Assembly (NCBI GenBank): GCA_910584975.1
Contig: CAJUEA010000003.1
Span: forward strand, 34,236-98,235
DNA: 64,000 bases
Direction of reading: 5' to 3'
Source: an uncultured Christensenella sp.
Lineage (GTDB): Bacteria > Bacillota > Clostridia > Christensenellales > UBA3700
The notes beneath the pieces were generated by a model. That model made no database searches and was not told where the DNA came from. It saw only the letters and a program-made list of their open reading frames with translations. Position numbers and translations under genes: made by a program. Positions within the stretch are counted from its first letter, which is position 1, and each line of letters begins with the position of its first letter. Shown one piece after another: positions 19,978 to 29,705 of the stretch.

Positions 19978-20868
19978 ATGATTAAATTAACAAATGTGAA
20001 CAAAGTGTATGGCAAAGGGGATAGCGCCGTTCATGCATTGAAGGATGTCAATTTGGAGTTGCCAAGTGGCAAGTTTATTTCCATTGTCGGCAAATCTGGA
20101 AGTGGTAAATCCACACTTATGAACATTGTTGGTGCATTGGATTCTTGCACATCTGGTGAGGTTGAAATTGATGGTGAAGTGCTTAACAACAAAACTTCAA
20201 ATCAACTTGCTGACTATCGCAACAAAAAGATTGGCTATATCTTTCAGTCTTTTTATTTGGAACCAACATTTACAGTGCTTGAAAATGTTGCAATGCCAAT
20301 GACCATTGCAGGCGTAAATCGCAAAGAGCGTGAGGCAAAGGCAATGCAGGCTATTTCCGATTTGAATTTGCTTGACAAGGCAAAAAAGAAAGCAAGTGAA
20401 TTGTCAGGTGGACAAAAGCAGCGTGTTTCCATTGCAAGAGCCTTGGTGTTTGACCCAGATATCATTTTGGCAGATGAGCCAACAGGAAATTTGGACAGCC
20501 AAAACGGACAAGAGGTTATTGCACTTTTGCAAAAAATTTGTGATAGTGGTAAAACTGTGCTTTTGGTTACTCACAATATTGATGACGCACGCAAAACTGA
20601 CATTATGGTTGAAATCAAGGATGGTGTGATTGCAAATATTATCGAAAACGATGAGGCAACCAAAAAGGCTGCACAGCACGCAAGTGATTACGATGCTGAT
20701 GGCAACCTTATTGAAAAGAGTGCAACAAGTAAAAATGACTCTTTTGAGCAAGAAGATATCGAGATTAATGTTGAACTTGCAGGAAATAATGACAAACAAG
20801 ATGTTAAAACTGAAAAAAATATTTCCAGCTTAGATGTTGCAGATAAAGCGCAGAAAGTGGAGGAATAA
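19978..20868 (+). CDS. ABC transporter ATP-binding protein (MacB/LolD-like) with an acidic C-terminal extension
   Basis: 296 aa. Walker A GKSGSGKST, signature LSGGQKQRVSIARA, Walker [14 protein letters not shown] ggaggt. Confidence 0.92.
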   Translation: MIKLTNVNKVYGKGDSAVHALKDVNLELPSGKFISIVGKSGSGKSTLMNIVGALDSCTSGEVEIDGEVLNNKTSNQLADYRNKKIGYIFQSFYLEPTFTVLENVAMPMTIAGVNRKEREAKAMQAISDLNLLDKAKKKASELSGGQKQRVSIARALVFDPDIILADEPTGNLDSQNGQEVIALLQKICDSGKTVLLVTHNIDDARKTDIMVEIKDGVIANIIENDEATKKAAQHASDYDADGNLIEKSATSKNDSFEQEDIEINVELAGNNDKQDVKTEKNISSLDVADKAQKVEE

Positions 20869-20869
20869 A

Positions 20870-22177
20870 ATGAAGTTTTGGGATATTTTTAAAATCTCAA
20901 TGCATAATATCTGGGGCAATAAGTTGAGGACATTGCTTGTAACGCTTGTGCTGTTTATTTTGTCAACTATTGTGTTAATAGTTGCATCTGTCGGCGTAAA
21001 TGTGGGTGTGCTATTAAACGAGGCTCAGTCAAGTGAAGACGATAATTATGCAGATATGTCATTGAGATATCAATATGAGCAAATTCAAATTGGCGATCAT
21101 TTTGAAATGAAAGAGTATTATTTTGATAATAATGAATTGGGTAGTTATATTGAAAAAGTTGGCAACGAATTGCCATTTTTGCAAAATGTAACTATGAATG
21201 TAAATACCTCACAAATTCGTTTGGACAACAATACGGAATATGTGGATTTTGCTTTGACTGATTTGAGCAAAAATATGCTTGCAGGACAAGATAACTATTT
21301 GAGAGCAGGCAGATTGTGGAATAAGGATGATGTTAACAAACAATATGCATGGATAAATGATACATATGCAGAAAAGTCAAAGTTGACAGTGGGAGACAAA
21401 TTTAACATAAGAGTTTTTGACAGCGAAGGATATGATAAAGATCCAACTCCAAATTATAACGACTATGAAAAAAGTTATGAGTTTGAAGTTGTTGGAATTG
21501 TTGATTTTCAATACTATGAATGGGCACAAAATTCTTTTGTTATTTTGGATTATAATTTTGCAACAAAAAGTGGGCTTAAAATTAATCGTATTAGATTTAC
21601 TCAATCAAAGATTGAAGAAGGTGCCACTTTGGGACAATTGAACAAAATCAAAAGCTTTATCAAAGACAACAAGACATTTGATTACGAAAAAAATCCAACT
21701 GGACTTGATGTTTATTCAGATATCATTAATGCAAGAACAATGTCAATGATTATGACATTGATTATTGTTGTTGCAGTGCTTGTTGTGTCTGTCATTATCA
21801 TTTTGCTTAGCATTGGTTGTGTGTCAAACTCAATTCAAATTACTGTGGAGCAAAATGCAAAATTCTTTGGTATGATGAAAGCTATTGGTATGAGAAACAA
21901 TGTGGTTAAAAGCGTTGTGAGGATTCAAGCTTTGGTAAGCATTTTTATTGCAGTATTGCTTGGAACTATTGTGACAATCGGGTTGTTTTATGGTATTCAG
22001 CCATTGCTTGCATCAACTCTTGCAACATTAGGCTTGAACTTGAAATTGGTTATGCCTTTTTATGTGCCGTTTGCAGTGTTTGCACTTATGGCGATAATGG
22101 TAATTCTGTTTACAATAAAATCTTTGAACAGAATAAGCAAAATGGATGTTGTTTCTGTAATAAGTGAGGTGAACTGA
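20870..22177 (+). CDS. FtsX-family ABC permease, type A copy 2 (paralog of 16927..18189)
   Basis: ATG at 20870 after SD ggagga. The N-terminus MKFWDIFKIS..NKLRTLLV and the VEQNAKFFGMMKAIGMRN motif are conserved with copy 1, but the extracytoplasmic domain has diverged. Confidence 0.85.
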   Translation: MKFWDIFKISMHNIWGNKLRTLLVTLVLFILSTIVLIVASVGVNVGVLLNEAQSSEDDNYADMSLRYQYEQIQIGDHFEMKEYYFDNNELGSYIEKVGNELPFLQNVTMNVNTSQIRLDNNTEYVDFALTDLSKNMLAGQDNYLRAGRLWNKDDVNKQYAWINDTYAEKSKLTVGDKFNIRVFDSEGYDKDPTPNYNDYEKSYEFEVVGIVDFQYYEWAQNSFVILDYNFATKSGLKINRIRFTQSKIEEGATLGQLNKIKSFIKDNKTFDYEKNPTGLDVYSDIINARTMSMIMTLIIVVAVLVVSVIIILLSIGCVSNSIQITVEQNAKFFGMMKAIGMRNNVVKSVVRIQALVSIFIAVLLGTIVTIGLFYGIQPLLASTLATLGLNLKLVMPFYVPFAVFALMAIMVILFTIKSLNRISKMDVVSVISEVN

Positions 22178-22178
22178 T

Positions 22179-23858
22179 ATGAAAGTGAATGATTACTGGA
22201 GACTTGCCAAAATCAGTTTGAAGGCAAGAAAAAAAGCAACACGAAGCACAGTAAGTGGAATGTCTATCAGTTTGATTATTATTGTTCCAATAATTTTTGC
22301 AATGGTAGCACTTTACGCATCAATTCTTCCTCAATTGAACAAAAATCCTGAAACATTGTATGCTATTTTCCAAAGTGGACAAAAGGGAGTGGTAACAACA
22401 AGTTATAATAATTATACCTATCAATCAATAAATGGTGGAAGGTATGTTAATACAGTAAATGCGAAAGACAATTCTGCTGTTTTTGAAAATGCAAGTTTTG
22501 AAACTTTACATTATGTAAAGGCTTATAAAAGATTTGATGTTTATTCAATGGACGACGAGACTCTGCAAAGTGAATATAAATATTTTGACAGAATTACTGT
22601 GGATGGTGAGACAAAACCACTCAGAGTTAAAAGCACAGATAATCGTTCGGCTAGTGCAAATACATCGCTTGCAGTGGTGGATTCAAATCAGCTTGATTTG
22701 CTTGCAGCATCAAAATTTGGTGTTTTGGGCGATTCTCACAACAAAGGCTTTAGTGGCAATGGTGCAAGACAAGTTATTTTGAGTCGCAAATACTTAAAAA
22801 TGGCAGGACTTACAGCTGATGATGTTTATGGCAAAAAAGTAAGTGTGGAAATTCGTGAAAAATCAAATGGTACGATAGATTATTGTTCAGGTGAAGATAA
22901 ATTTTCTTATATTGACCACTATTTGTTCAGAGATTTTGAAGTTGTCGGAGTAATTGGCAGTGAAAACGCTCCACTTTATGATTATGAGGGGACAAAAGAC
23001 ATCAACACTGCAGATATGATTGTATCTTCAGCATCTTTGTATAGCCAAGATAATACACCTGCAATAATGTATAACATTAATGCAGATAACAATAATGGTA
23101 ATTATACAAGATATAAAATTGATTTTGGCAATATTGAGGCAAAAAATTTCAAGGCATATCAATACTTGTTTACAGGATTTGAAGATTATGGTATTTATAC
23201 AAATTTGGCTAAATATAACGATAAAACAGGAGAAATTTTGCAAGTTGAAAGCAATTATTACAAATATATTCCTGATAAAAACAAATTAAATGCTTATGGG
23301 CAGGTTTCAAATGTTGTATCTTCTGTTTATCCACATTACAAGGCAGATTACACTTTAAAAATGGAGTTTGAAAATGTGGTTGGTTCGCCTTCATATGCAA
23401 CATTTTCTATGATAAACTTTATCATTACAATTGCAATGTCTTTTGCAGCAGTGTTTGCTGGCATAATATTGTTTGCAGCATTGGTCAACTTGTTTAATAC
23501 AATCATGCACAGTGTTAATTCTCGAAAAAATTATCTTGGAGTTATGCGTGCAATAGGTGCAAGGTCAAGTGTTATCCCTAAATTGTATGTGTCTGAAGTA
23601 ATGCGTGTTTTTGCAAGAGCATTTGTTTGGATTGCATTGATTGGTGGTGCAATTTGCGTGGGTATTAAGTTGTTGTTTGACTATTTGTTCAAAGGTGGAC
23701 TTGCTTATGGCAATGTGGTTATTTCTATAAGTTGGGCAACAATACCAATTGCACTTGTGGTTGTTATCGCAGTGCTTGCTGTGATTGGATTAGCTTTTGC
23801 CTTAGGGTGCAGTTTGAAAATGTCTCGCAAACCTATTATGGAAACTTTGGAGGGTTAA
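22179..23858 (+). CDS. FtsX-family ABC permease, type B copy 2 (paralog of 18186..19907)
   Basis: 559 aa. MKVNDYWRLAKISLKARKKATR, NKGFSGNGARQVILS and SRKNYLGVMRAIGARSS all match copy 1. Confidence 0.85.
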   Translation: MKVNDYWRLAKISLKARKKATRSTVSGMSISLIIIVPIIFAMVALYASILPQLNKNPETLYAIFQSGQKGVVTTSYNNYTYQSINGGRYVNTVNAKDNSAVFENASFETLHYVKAYKRFDVYSMDDETLQSEYKYFDRITVDGETKPLRVKSTDNRSASANTSLAVVDSNQLDLLAASKFGVLGDSHNKGFSGNGARQVILSRKYLKMAGLTADDVYGKKVSVEIREKSNGTIDYCSGEDKFSYIDHYLFRDFEVVGVIGSENAPLYDYEGTKDINTADMIVSSASLYSQDNTPAIMYNINADNNNGNYTRYKIDFGNIEAKNFKAYQYLFTGFEDYGIYTNLAKYNDKTGEILQVESNYYKYIPDKNKLNAYGQVSNVVSSVYPHYKADYTLKMEFENVVGSPSYATFSMINFIITIAMSFAAVFAGIILFAALVNLFNTIMHSVNSRKNYLGVMRAIGARSSVIPKLYVSEVMRVFARAFVWIALIGGAICVGIKLLFDYLFKGGLAYGNVVISISWATIPIALVVVIAVLAVIGLAFALGCSLKMSRKPIMETLEG

Positions 23859-23861
23859 GCT

Positions 23862-25214
23862 ATGCGTAAGAAATTTTTAATATTTTTATCAATTTGTATT
23901 ATAGCTTGTCTTAGTTTGTGTTTGGCATCATGTGCGGACAATACAGACTATTCAGGCGAGGTGCGTGTAACAATCAATTTGGATAAGGAATATCCTGAAG
24001 TTTCTGTTAATTGTCCTCAAGGAGAAATCGAAAAGAAGGACAATAAACAATATGTTGTGTCATTAAGCAATACTTTGCCAGTGGATATTGTTGTCGCTTG
24101 TCCCGGTTATGAAACAGTTATTTTTTCATACACAACCAAGCAATTAAAACAAAATTCTGACATAACAGAAAGTGTAACTTTTAAAAATGAGTTTTACAGA
24201 TTTAGCTTTAAAGTTCAAAACAACGAAAAAATTGAGTTTGCAGAAGATTATGAAGGAATAAATTTGTCAATTCAATCAGGCAGTTATGTACTAGAGAGCG
24301 AAAAGCCTATTACTCAAGATATAAAATTTAATGTTAAAAATGAAGAGTTCAAGCCATTTGTCATTTTTGAGGAATCTATAATTTATAATGGTGCGAAAGG
24401 TTCGCTTGTTGAATCTATTCCTTTGCTTGATAAAAGAGAAAGTAATTCGGCAGTAATATATGTTCCAACAAGCTTTGGTCACAATAAGCAAGAATTGGCT
24501 ATGGTAGATGCTAAAGATTTTGATATGGATTATGAAAAAGTAACAATACTTAAAGCAGGCGAGTATAAAAAAGTCGAAATAAAAAATTATGTGTTATTTG
24601 ACAGGTATAATTATTATTATGGAAGTAAGACTTTAGTAATGGAAGATACTCTTAAAAACAATGGCTATTGCAATCTTGCAACCTGTGATACTATCGAAAG
24701 TGATGCAAATCAAAAAACAAGTGTAGAGGTTGAATTGAAAGATAAACTTACTGGTGCGACACTACAAAATATTTCGCAAGATATTTGTCAAGGTGAAATT
24801 TTGTATCTTAGAAATTTTTATTATAACAATGATTATTCCATTGTAGGTTCAGAACAAGTTGTCTATTACAAAGAAATATTCGGCAATAAAATTGTTGTTG
24901 AGTTTATGAGACAATATGTGGTAACTTTGCACATAACAAATTATCAAGATATACAATATGAGGAAGAATATCAAAACTTTAGCTGTGGCAGTGGCTCAAA
25001 TTCTTTAGGTTTTAATGTGAAACAAATGATTGAGAATAATGGAAGAGTGGAGATAATAATCAAAGGAAATATGGCAGGTAAAAAATTGCAGTTTGTTATG
25101 ACATCGTTTATGAATAATGAGCCAAAATATGTGTTCATATTGAGTATTCCAGAAAATATGGAAAATATGAATACCTTTGAAATCATTGTTGAAGCTGCCG
25201 ATGCAGGCTGGTAA
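23862..25214 (+). CDS. Lipoprotein of unknown function
   Basis: 450 aa. Signal peptide with lipobox LASC (MRKKFLIFLSICIIACLSLCLASCADN). Starts 3 nt after the preceding permease stop. No domain recognised. Confidence 0.7.
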   Translation: MRKKFLIFLSICIIACLSLCLASCADNTDYSGEVRVTINLDKEYPEVSVNCPQGEIEKKDNKQYVVSLSNTLPVDIVVACPGYETVIFSYTTKQLKQNSDITESVTFKNEFYRFSFKVQNNEKIEFAEDYEGINLSIQSGSYVLESEKPITQDIKFNVKNEEFKPFVIFEESIIYNGAKGSLVESIPLLDKRESNSAVIYVPTSFGHNKQELAMVDAKDFDMDYEKVTILKAGEYKKVEIKNYVLFDRYNYYYGSKTLVMEDTLKNNGYCNLATCDTIESDANQKTSVEVELKDKLTGATLQNISQDICQGEILYLRNFYYNNDYSIVGSEQVVYYKEIFGNKIVVEFMRQYVVTLHITNYQDIQYEEEYQNFSCGSGSNSLGFNVKQMIENNGRVEIIIKGNMAGKKLQFVMTSFMNNEPKYVFILSIPENMENMNTFEIIVEAADAGW

Positions 25215-25299
25215 AATGCTTTCATTGCAAATTAATATTTTGGTCATTAAAAGCTTATTGTTTTAAAAAGATTGCATAAAAGAAAAACTAATTAAACGA

Positions 25300-25336
25300 A
25301 AAACTCGTCTTCTTGAAATTTGAAGATGAGTTTTTT
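25300..25336 (+). terminator. Rho-independent terminator of the ABC/lipoprotein operon
   Basis: aaaactcgtcttc pairs with gaagatgagtttt, followed by a T run. Confidence 0.8.
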
Positions 25337-25386
25337 ATTTTAGCAAATAATTTATTCAGATTTTTGTTTTTAATCTTTTGATAAAG

Positions 25387-25414
25387 AAAAGGCGAACTTT
25401 TTTGTTCGCCTTTT
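25387..25414. terminator. Bidirectional terminator, probably serving the convergent acyl-CoA synthetase gene
   Basis: aaaaggcgaac pairs with gttcgcctttt across a T6 loop. Confidence 0.65.
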
Positions 25415-25464
25415 AACATTTGTGCATGACATTAATTTTTAGAGATTAATTTTGTAAGTATTGC

Positions 25465-27117
25465 TTACTTTTTATTGTCACGAGCGGCAATCTCTTTTCT
25501 GATGATTTTTCCACTGATTGTTTTTGGTAATGCATCCACATATTCCACAATTCGTGGATATTTGTAAGGAGCTGTTGCTTTTTTAACATGATTTTGCAAT
25601 TCTTTTGTAAGCTCGTCGCTTGGGCTAAAGCCTTTTGCAAGTACAATTGTTGCTTTTACAACTTGTCCTCTTAGTGGGTCAGGTGCACCTGTAATTGCAC
25701 ATTCCAAAACAGCAGGATGTTCGTGAAGAGCTGATTCAACTTCAAATGGTCCAATTCTGTAACCACTTGATTTGATAATGTCGTCTTTTCTGCCAACGAA
25801 CCAGTAGTATCCGTCGCTGTCCTTTGTTGCAAGGTCGCCTGTGTGATAAACTCCTGTGCCAAAAGTATTAAATGTTCTTTCGTCATCTTTGTGATATTTG
25901 TACAAAAGCCCAAGTTGATTTTCACGCATTTTAATGCAAATTTCGCCTGTTGCGCCATCCTCAACTTCGTTTTCAGAATTGTCTGCAAGATAAATATCAT
26001 AGATTGGAGAAGGTTTTCCCATACTGCCTTGCTTGATTGGAAGATATTTGAATGTTCCAAGCAAAACTGAAGATTCAGTTTGACCAAAGCCTTCGTAAAT
26101 TTCAAGTCCTGTTGCTTTTGTAAATTCTTTTGAAACTTCAGGATTTAAAGGTTCGCCCGCAGTAGAGCAGTGTTTTAAGCTTGAAAAATCATATTTTGAC
26201 AAGTCTTCCTTAATCAAAAATCTGTAAATTGTTGGAGGTGCACAAAAAGTTGTAACTTTGTATTTTGAAATCATTGGCAGTATGTCTGTTGGAGTAAATC
26301 TGCCAAAGTAGTCATAAACAAAAATTGCTGTGCCAGAAATCCATTGACCATAAATTCTTCCCCAACTGCATTTTGCCCAGCCACTTTCTGCCATTGTAAG
26401 GTGCAAACCATCATCAACAACATCTTGCCAAAATTTTGCAGTGATAATGTGTCCCAATGGGTACAAATATTTGTGAGCAACCATTTTTGGTTCGCCTGTT
26501 GTTCCACTTGTAAAGTAAACAAGAAACATATCGTCGTTTTCAGTTTTCCAAGGTGGAGTGAAATCAGCTGAAGTGTTTTCAAGTGTAGTGGTAAAGTTGA
26601 GCATACCATCAGCCTCGCCATGAGTGTAAACAGCTTTAAGTTGTTTGCAGTTTGGTATTGCCTCTAAAACATGCTTTGTAACTTCTTTTTGATTTGTAAC
26701 AAACAAAAGCTTAACTTCTGCATTGTTGCATCTGTATTCAATATCTTTTGCTGTAAGTAAAAAAGTTGCAGGTACAAGTACAATGCCAAGTTTATGACAA
26801 GCTGTTGCAATAATCCAGTATTCGTACCTTCTTCCAAGCATTGTCATAATAAAATCGCCTTTTTTAAGGTTGTGAGAAAGCAAAATATTGCAAACTTTAT
26901 CACTTAATGTTTTTAGTTCTCCAAAAGTAATAATTTTTTCCTCTCCCTCGTCATTAACCCAAACAAGAGCAATTTTTTGTGGAGTGATTCGTGCATATTC
27001 ATCGACGACATCGTAACCGAAGTTAAAGTTTTCTGGGATGTTGATTTTAGTATTTTTGCTAAAATCGTCGTAATCCAATGCATTGATGTTGCTACAATAT
27101 CTGTCTAATAAATTCAT
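25465..27117 (-). CDS. AMP-forming acyl-CoA synthetase (medium-chain/ACSM-like adenylate-forming enzyme)
   Basis: 550 aa. AMP-binding motifs YFTSGTTGEPKMV, YGQTE and GDLATKDSDGYYWFVGRKDDIIKSSGYRIGPFEVE. Confidence 0.85.
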   Translation of the reverse strand: MNLLDRYCSNINALDYDDFSKNTKINIPENFNFGYDVVDEYARITPQKIALVWVNDEGEEKIITFGELKTLSDKVCNILLSHNLKKGDFIMTMLGRRYEYWIIATACHKLGIVLVPATFLLTAKDIEYRCNNAEVKLLFVTNQKEVTKHVLEAIPNCKQLKAVYTHGEADGMLNFTTTLENTSADFTPPWKTENDDMFLVYFTSGTTGEPKMVAHKYLYPLGHIITAKFWQDVVDDGLHLTMAESGWAKCSWGRIYGQWISGTAIFVYDYFGRFTPTDILPMISKYKVTTFCAPPTIYRFLIKEDLSKYDFSSLKHCSTAGEPLNPEVSKEFTKATGLEIYEGFGQTESSVLLGTFKYLPIKQGSMGKPSPIYDIYLADNSENEVEDGATGEICIKMRENQLGLLYKYHKDDERTFNTFGTGVYHTGDLATKDSDGYYWFVGRKDDIIKSSGYRIGPFEVESALHEHPAVLECAITGAPDPLRGQVVKATIVLAKGFSPSDELTKELQNHVKKATAPYKYPRIVEYVDALPKTISGKIIRKEIAARDNKK

Positions 27118-27321
27118 ACGATTCTCCTTTTATATATTTATTCACTAAATCATACCACATTTTGTCTAATAAATAAAGCAAATTTGATTACTTAGTTGAT
27201 TTTTTTTTAATTTTGTTATATAATTTATATGTAATGTAATATTTATTTCAAAAAATTGATTGAAAATTAAGTCAAAATATTGCTATAAAGAAGTTTTATT
27301 TTGTGGTGAAAAGGAGTGATT

Positions 27322-27846
27322 ATGCTTAATTCTAATGTGGTTAAACTTGCCGAAGTGTTGGATAAATTGTGCGTGGAAGGCTATAATACAATAGATAAAT
27401 GTGATATAATCAGCACTCTTGAAAAAGATTTTGAATGCACTTGGGATAATGATTTGCTAAACGCAGAAATAAAAGGACTTTGTGATAACAAGTTTATAAT
27501 TTTAAAATATCAAGATGAGGATGTGCTTTGTTTGACATTTACGCCTGCAGGCAAAGAATTGGTGGAAAGGATTCGCATTGCAAGGCAAAATGAGCAAAAC
27601 AAACTTAAGTCAAAAAAGCTTGTTAAAAAAGAGCAAGAGGCAATCACTCCCGTGGCAACAACAAGCTTTGACCCTTCAGCGCCACTTTCTCAAAATGAAA
27701 TTATGGCAGGTCTTGTGTCTGTTTCAAGTGTAAGTAGCAAAGCCCCAAAAAGCAATATCAAAAACTTTTTAATCAGTTTGTTGGGTGGAATTCTTGGTGG
27801 TGGAATAAGTGGTGCAATTATAACCTTGCTTGTGCTACTCTTGTAA
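27322..27846 (+). CDS. Hypothetical protein with a C-terminal TM anchor (possible winged-helix N-domain)
   Basis: ATG at 27322 after SD aaaggag. 174 aa. C-terminal FLISLLGGILGGGISGAIITLLVLLL. The N-domain resembles that of 28377..28742. Confidence 0.6.
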   Translation: MLNSNVVKLAEVLDKLCVEGYNTIDKCDIISTLEKDFECTWDNDLLNAEIKGLCDNKFIILKYQDEDVLCLTFTPAGKELVERIRIARQNEQNKLKSKKLVKKEQEAITPVATTSFDPSAPLSQNEIMAGLVSVSSVSSKAPKSNIKNFLISLLGGILGGGISGAIITLLVLLL

Positions 27847-27893
27847 TAATACAAAATTTATGCTTACATTAATTTGGATTAAAAAGGGGAAAA

Positions 27894-28328
27894 ATGGTAA
27901 AAGTCGCAGAAAAACAAGACATAAATATTTTGGTAAATATGGCAGTTCAGTTATATGAAAATAGCACAAAAAAAGAATTGCAAGAAGAATTTTGTGAAGA
28001 TATTTTGAATGATAATGTTAAATTTTTTTTGAAATATGAAAATAATTTGCCCGTAGGTTTTGCACAAGTAAATTTAAGATTTGATTATGTGGAAGGAAGT
28101 GCAACAAGTCCAGTAGGATACCTTGAAGGGATATGGATACAAGAAAGTTTTCGCAGGAAAGGATATGCTAAAGAGTTGTTGCAAGAATGTGAAAAATGGG
28201 CAAAAAGTAAAAATTGTAAGGAATTTGCAAGCGATTGCGAATTGAGTAACAAAAATAGTCACAATTTTCATAAAGCAATGAATTTTAAAGAGGCAAACAA
28301 GATTATTTGTTTTATTAAAAATATATAA
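27894..28328 (+). CDS. GNAT N-acetyltransferase, AAC(6')-I-like
   Basis: 144 aa. The GNAT core IWIQESFRRKGYAKELL and the C-terminal CKEFASDCELSNKNSHNFHKAMNFKE resemble the EFASD...N..S...H..LGF.E region of aminoglycoside 6'-acetyltransferases as I remember them. Confidence 0.6.
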   Translation: MVKVAEKQDINILVNMAVQLYENSTKKELQEEFCEDILNDNVKFFLKYENNLPVGFAQVNLRFDYVEGSATSPVGYLEGIWIQESFRRKGYAKELLQECEKWAKSKNCKEFASDCELSNKNSHNFHKAMNFKEANKIICFIKNI

Positions 28329-28376
28329 GTTAATTTGAATATTTTCTGAAAAGTCAAATAATAAAAGGAGTGTATT

Positions 28377-28742
28377 ATGCTTAACAAAAAAGAAAAAGCT
28401 GTTATGAAATCAATATACTATAATTCTGTGGACAAAAACGGCGTTTGTCTGTTGCGTCCTATTGAAGTGCTAAATGATATTTCTCCTAAAATTGAAATAA
28501 AGGGCAATGACCTAAACAAAATTATTCGTGATTTGGAGCTTGACGATTATTATGAATTGGTTGAGTCCAAAAGAAAAGGGGAGACAGTTTGGTGCTTTAC
28601 ATTGCATCAAAAAGGACACGCTTTTTATCGTGAAATTTTGAATGAAAAACGCTGGGTATACTTTAAAATTTCAATGTCAGTTGCTCTTGCAATAGGTGTG
28701 TTTTTCCTAAAATTGATTTTGGATGCAATTGCAGGTAGATAA
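28377..28742 (+). CDS. Hypothetical protein with a C-terminal TM anchor (paralogous architecture to 27322..27846)
   Basis: 121 aa. SD aaaggag. C-terminal helix YFKISMSVALAIGVFFLKLILDAI. Confidence 0.6.
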   Translation: MLNKKEKAVMKSIYYNSVDKNGVCLLRPIEVLNDISPKIEIKGNDLNKIIRDLELDDYYELVESKRKGETVWCFTLHQKGHAFYREILNEKRWVYFKISMSVALAIGVFFLKLILDAIAGR

Positions 28743-28821
28743 TTTTTTGAAAATATTTGTGATTTATCAGTTAAATTAGTACATATTATGCTTGATTTGG
28801 CATTGAAAAATTGAGGGATGA

Positions 28822-29538
28822 ATGAATAAAGATTACATACAGAAAACGCTTACTATTGTCAGTTTTGTTTTGCCTACTATACTTTTTGGAATATGTTTGT
28901 TTTCCACATTCTTTTTGGCAGATAACATTGCAGCTCATTTTGACAGCAACAACAATGTGACTCGTGTAGGCGAACAATACGAATTGCTTATTTTAGGCTT
29001 TGTTTATTATTTGTTGCCAATAGTTTTTGCATCTATTTTTGCACATGTAAATACTTTTTCAACAAAAGTTTTTGGACTTGTAGTCAGCATTTTCATTTCG
29101 CTTGTGCTTTTTGGAGTGACAATAAACATTTTGGTTTTGACATTTGCAAACAGTGCAAAATCTTCAGTAAGCAGTGGGCTTTGGGTGTCATTTGCACTTA
29201 GTATTATTGGCTTTGCAAGTGTATTGGCATCGCATATTTTGTTGTTTGTGCGCAAAAATTTGTTTTTCAGAAAACGCCATTCTATTTTTATCAAACATTG
29301 CAATTTCAACAAAATGAATGTTATCATTTCAGTATTTTTGTTTATGTTTGGCATAAGCGTTTGCATAGGCTGCTCCGTGCTTAAAAGCTTATATTCATTA
29401 ATTGTGTTTTTTACAAGTCTTTTTGTGTTTGGTGCAATTTGCTTTTTTGCAATAATAAAACTTGCAAAAAAATGCACCCGAATAGTTGAATTGCAAGGCA
29501 AGGAAAAATGCAATGTGTCATGTGATTGTGGAGACTGA
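28822..29538 (+). CDS. Polytopic membrane protein, DUF1648/SdpI-like N-terminus
   Basis: 238 aa with about 6 hydrophobic helices. The first loop ADNIAAHFDSNNNVTRVG resembles the DUF1648 motif. Cys-rich C-terminus CNVSCDCGD. Confidence 0.5.
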   Translation: MNKDYIQKTLTIVSFVLPTILFGICLFSTFFLADNIAAHFDSNNNVTRVGEQYELLILGFVYYLLPIVFASIFAHVNTFSTKVFGLVVSIFISLVLFGVTINILVLTFANSAKSSVSSGLWVSFALSIIGFASVLASHILLFVRKNLFFRKRHSIFIKHCNFNKMNVIISVFLFMFGISVCIGCSVLKSLYSLIVFFTSLFVFGAICFFAIIKLAKKCTRIVELQGKEKCNVSCDCGD

Positions 29539-29580
29539 TAATAGGGAATAATTGCTAAGTGTTACAAGAAAAAACAAAAA

Positions 29581-29596
29581 TAGTATCGATTTTTGA
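29581..29596 (-). repeat. Motif copy (reverse complement TCAAAAATCGATACTA)
   Basis: About 110 nt upstream of the uvrB ATG. Confidence 0.7.
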
Positions 29597-29705
29597 TTGC
29601 TTTTTGATAATTTTGATGTTTAAATGATTTGCAATGATTGTGTTAATTTGAAGACAATTGATATAATTGTTTAAGTGAAATTAGTTTGTATTTTGGTATT
29701 AGACT

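Noticed and set aside
16927-25214. Calling either ABC locus (also 44143-54892) a mobile element or genomic island
   Set aside because: No integrase, transposase, recombinase, tRNA target or flanking direct repeats are visible. Only the synteny argument supports accessory status, so these were reported as findings rather than mobile_element features.
29539-29705. LexA (Cheo box, GAAC-N4-GTTC) sites upstream of uvrB, uvrA (31671-31901) and recN (62804-62971)
   Set aside because: I could not find a convincing CGAAC....GTTCG-like palindrome in any of the three upstream regions. Only the TCAAAAATCG-family motif is shared by uvrB and recN.
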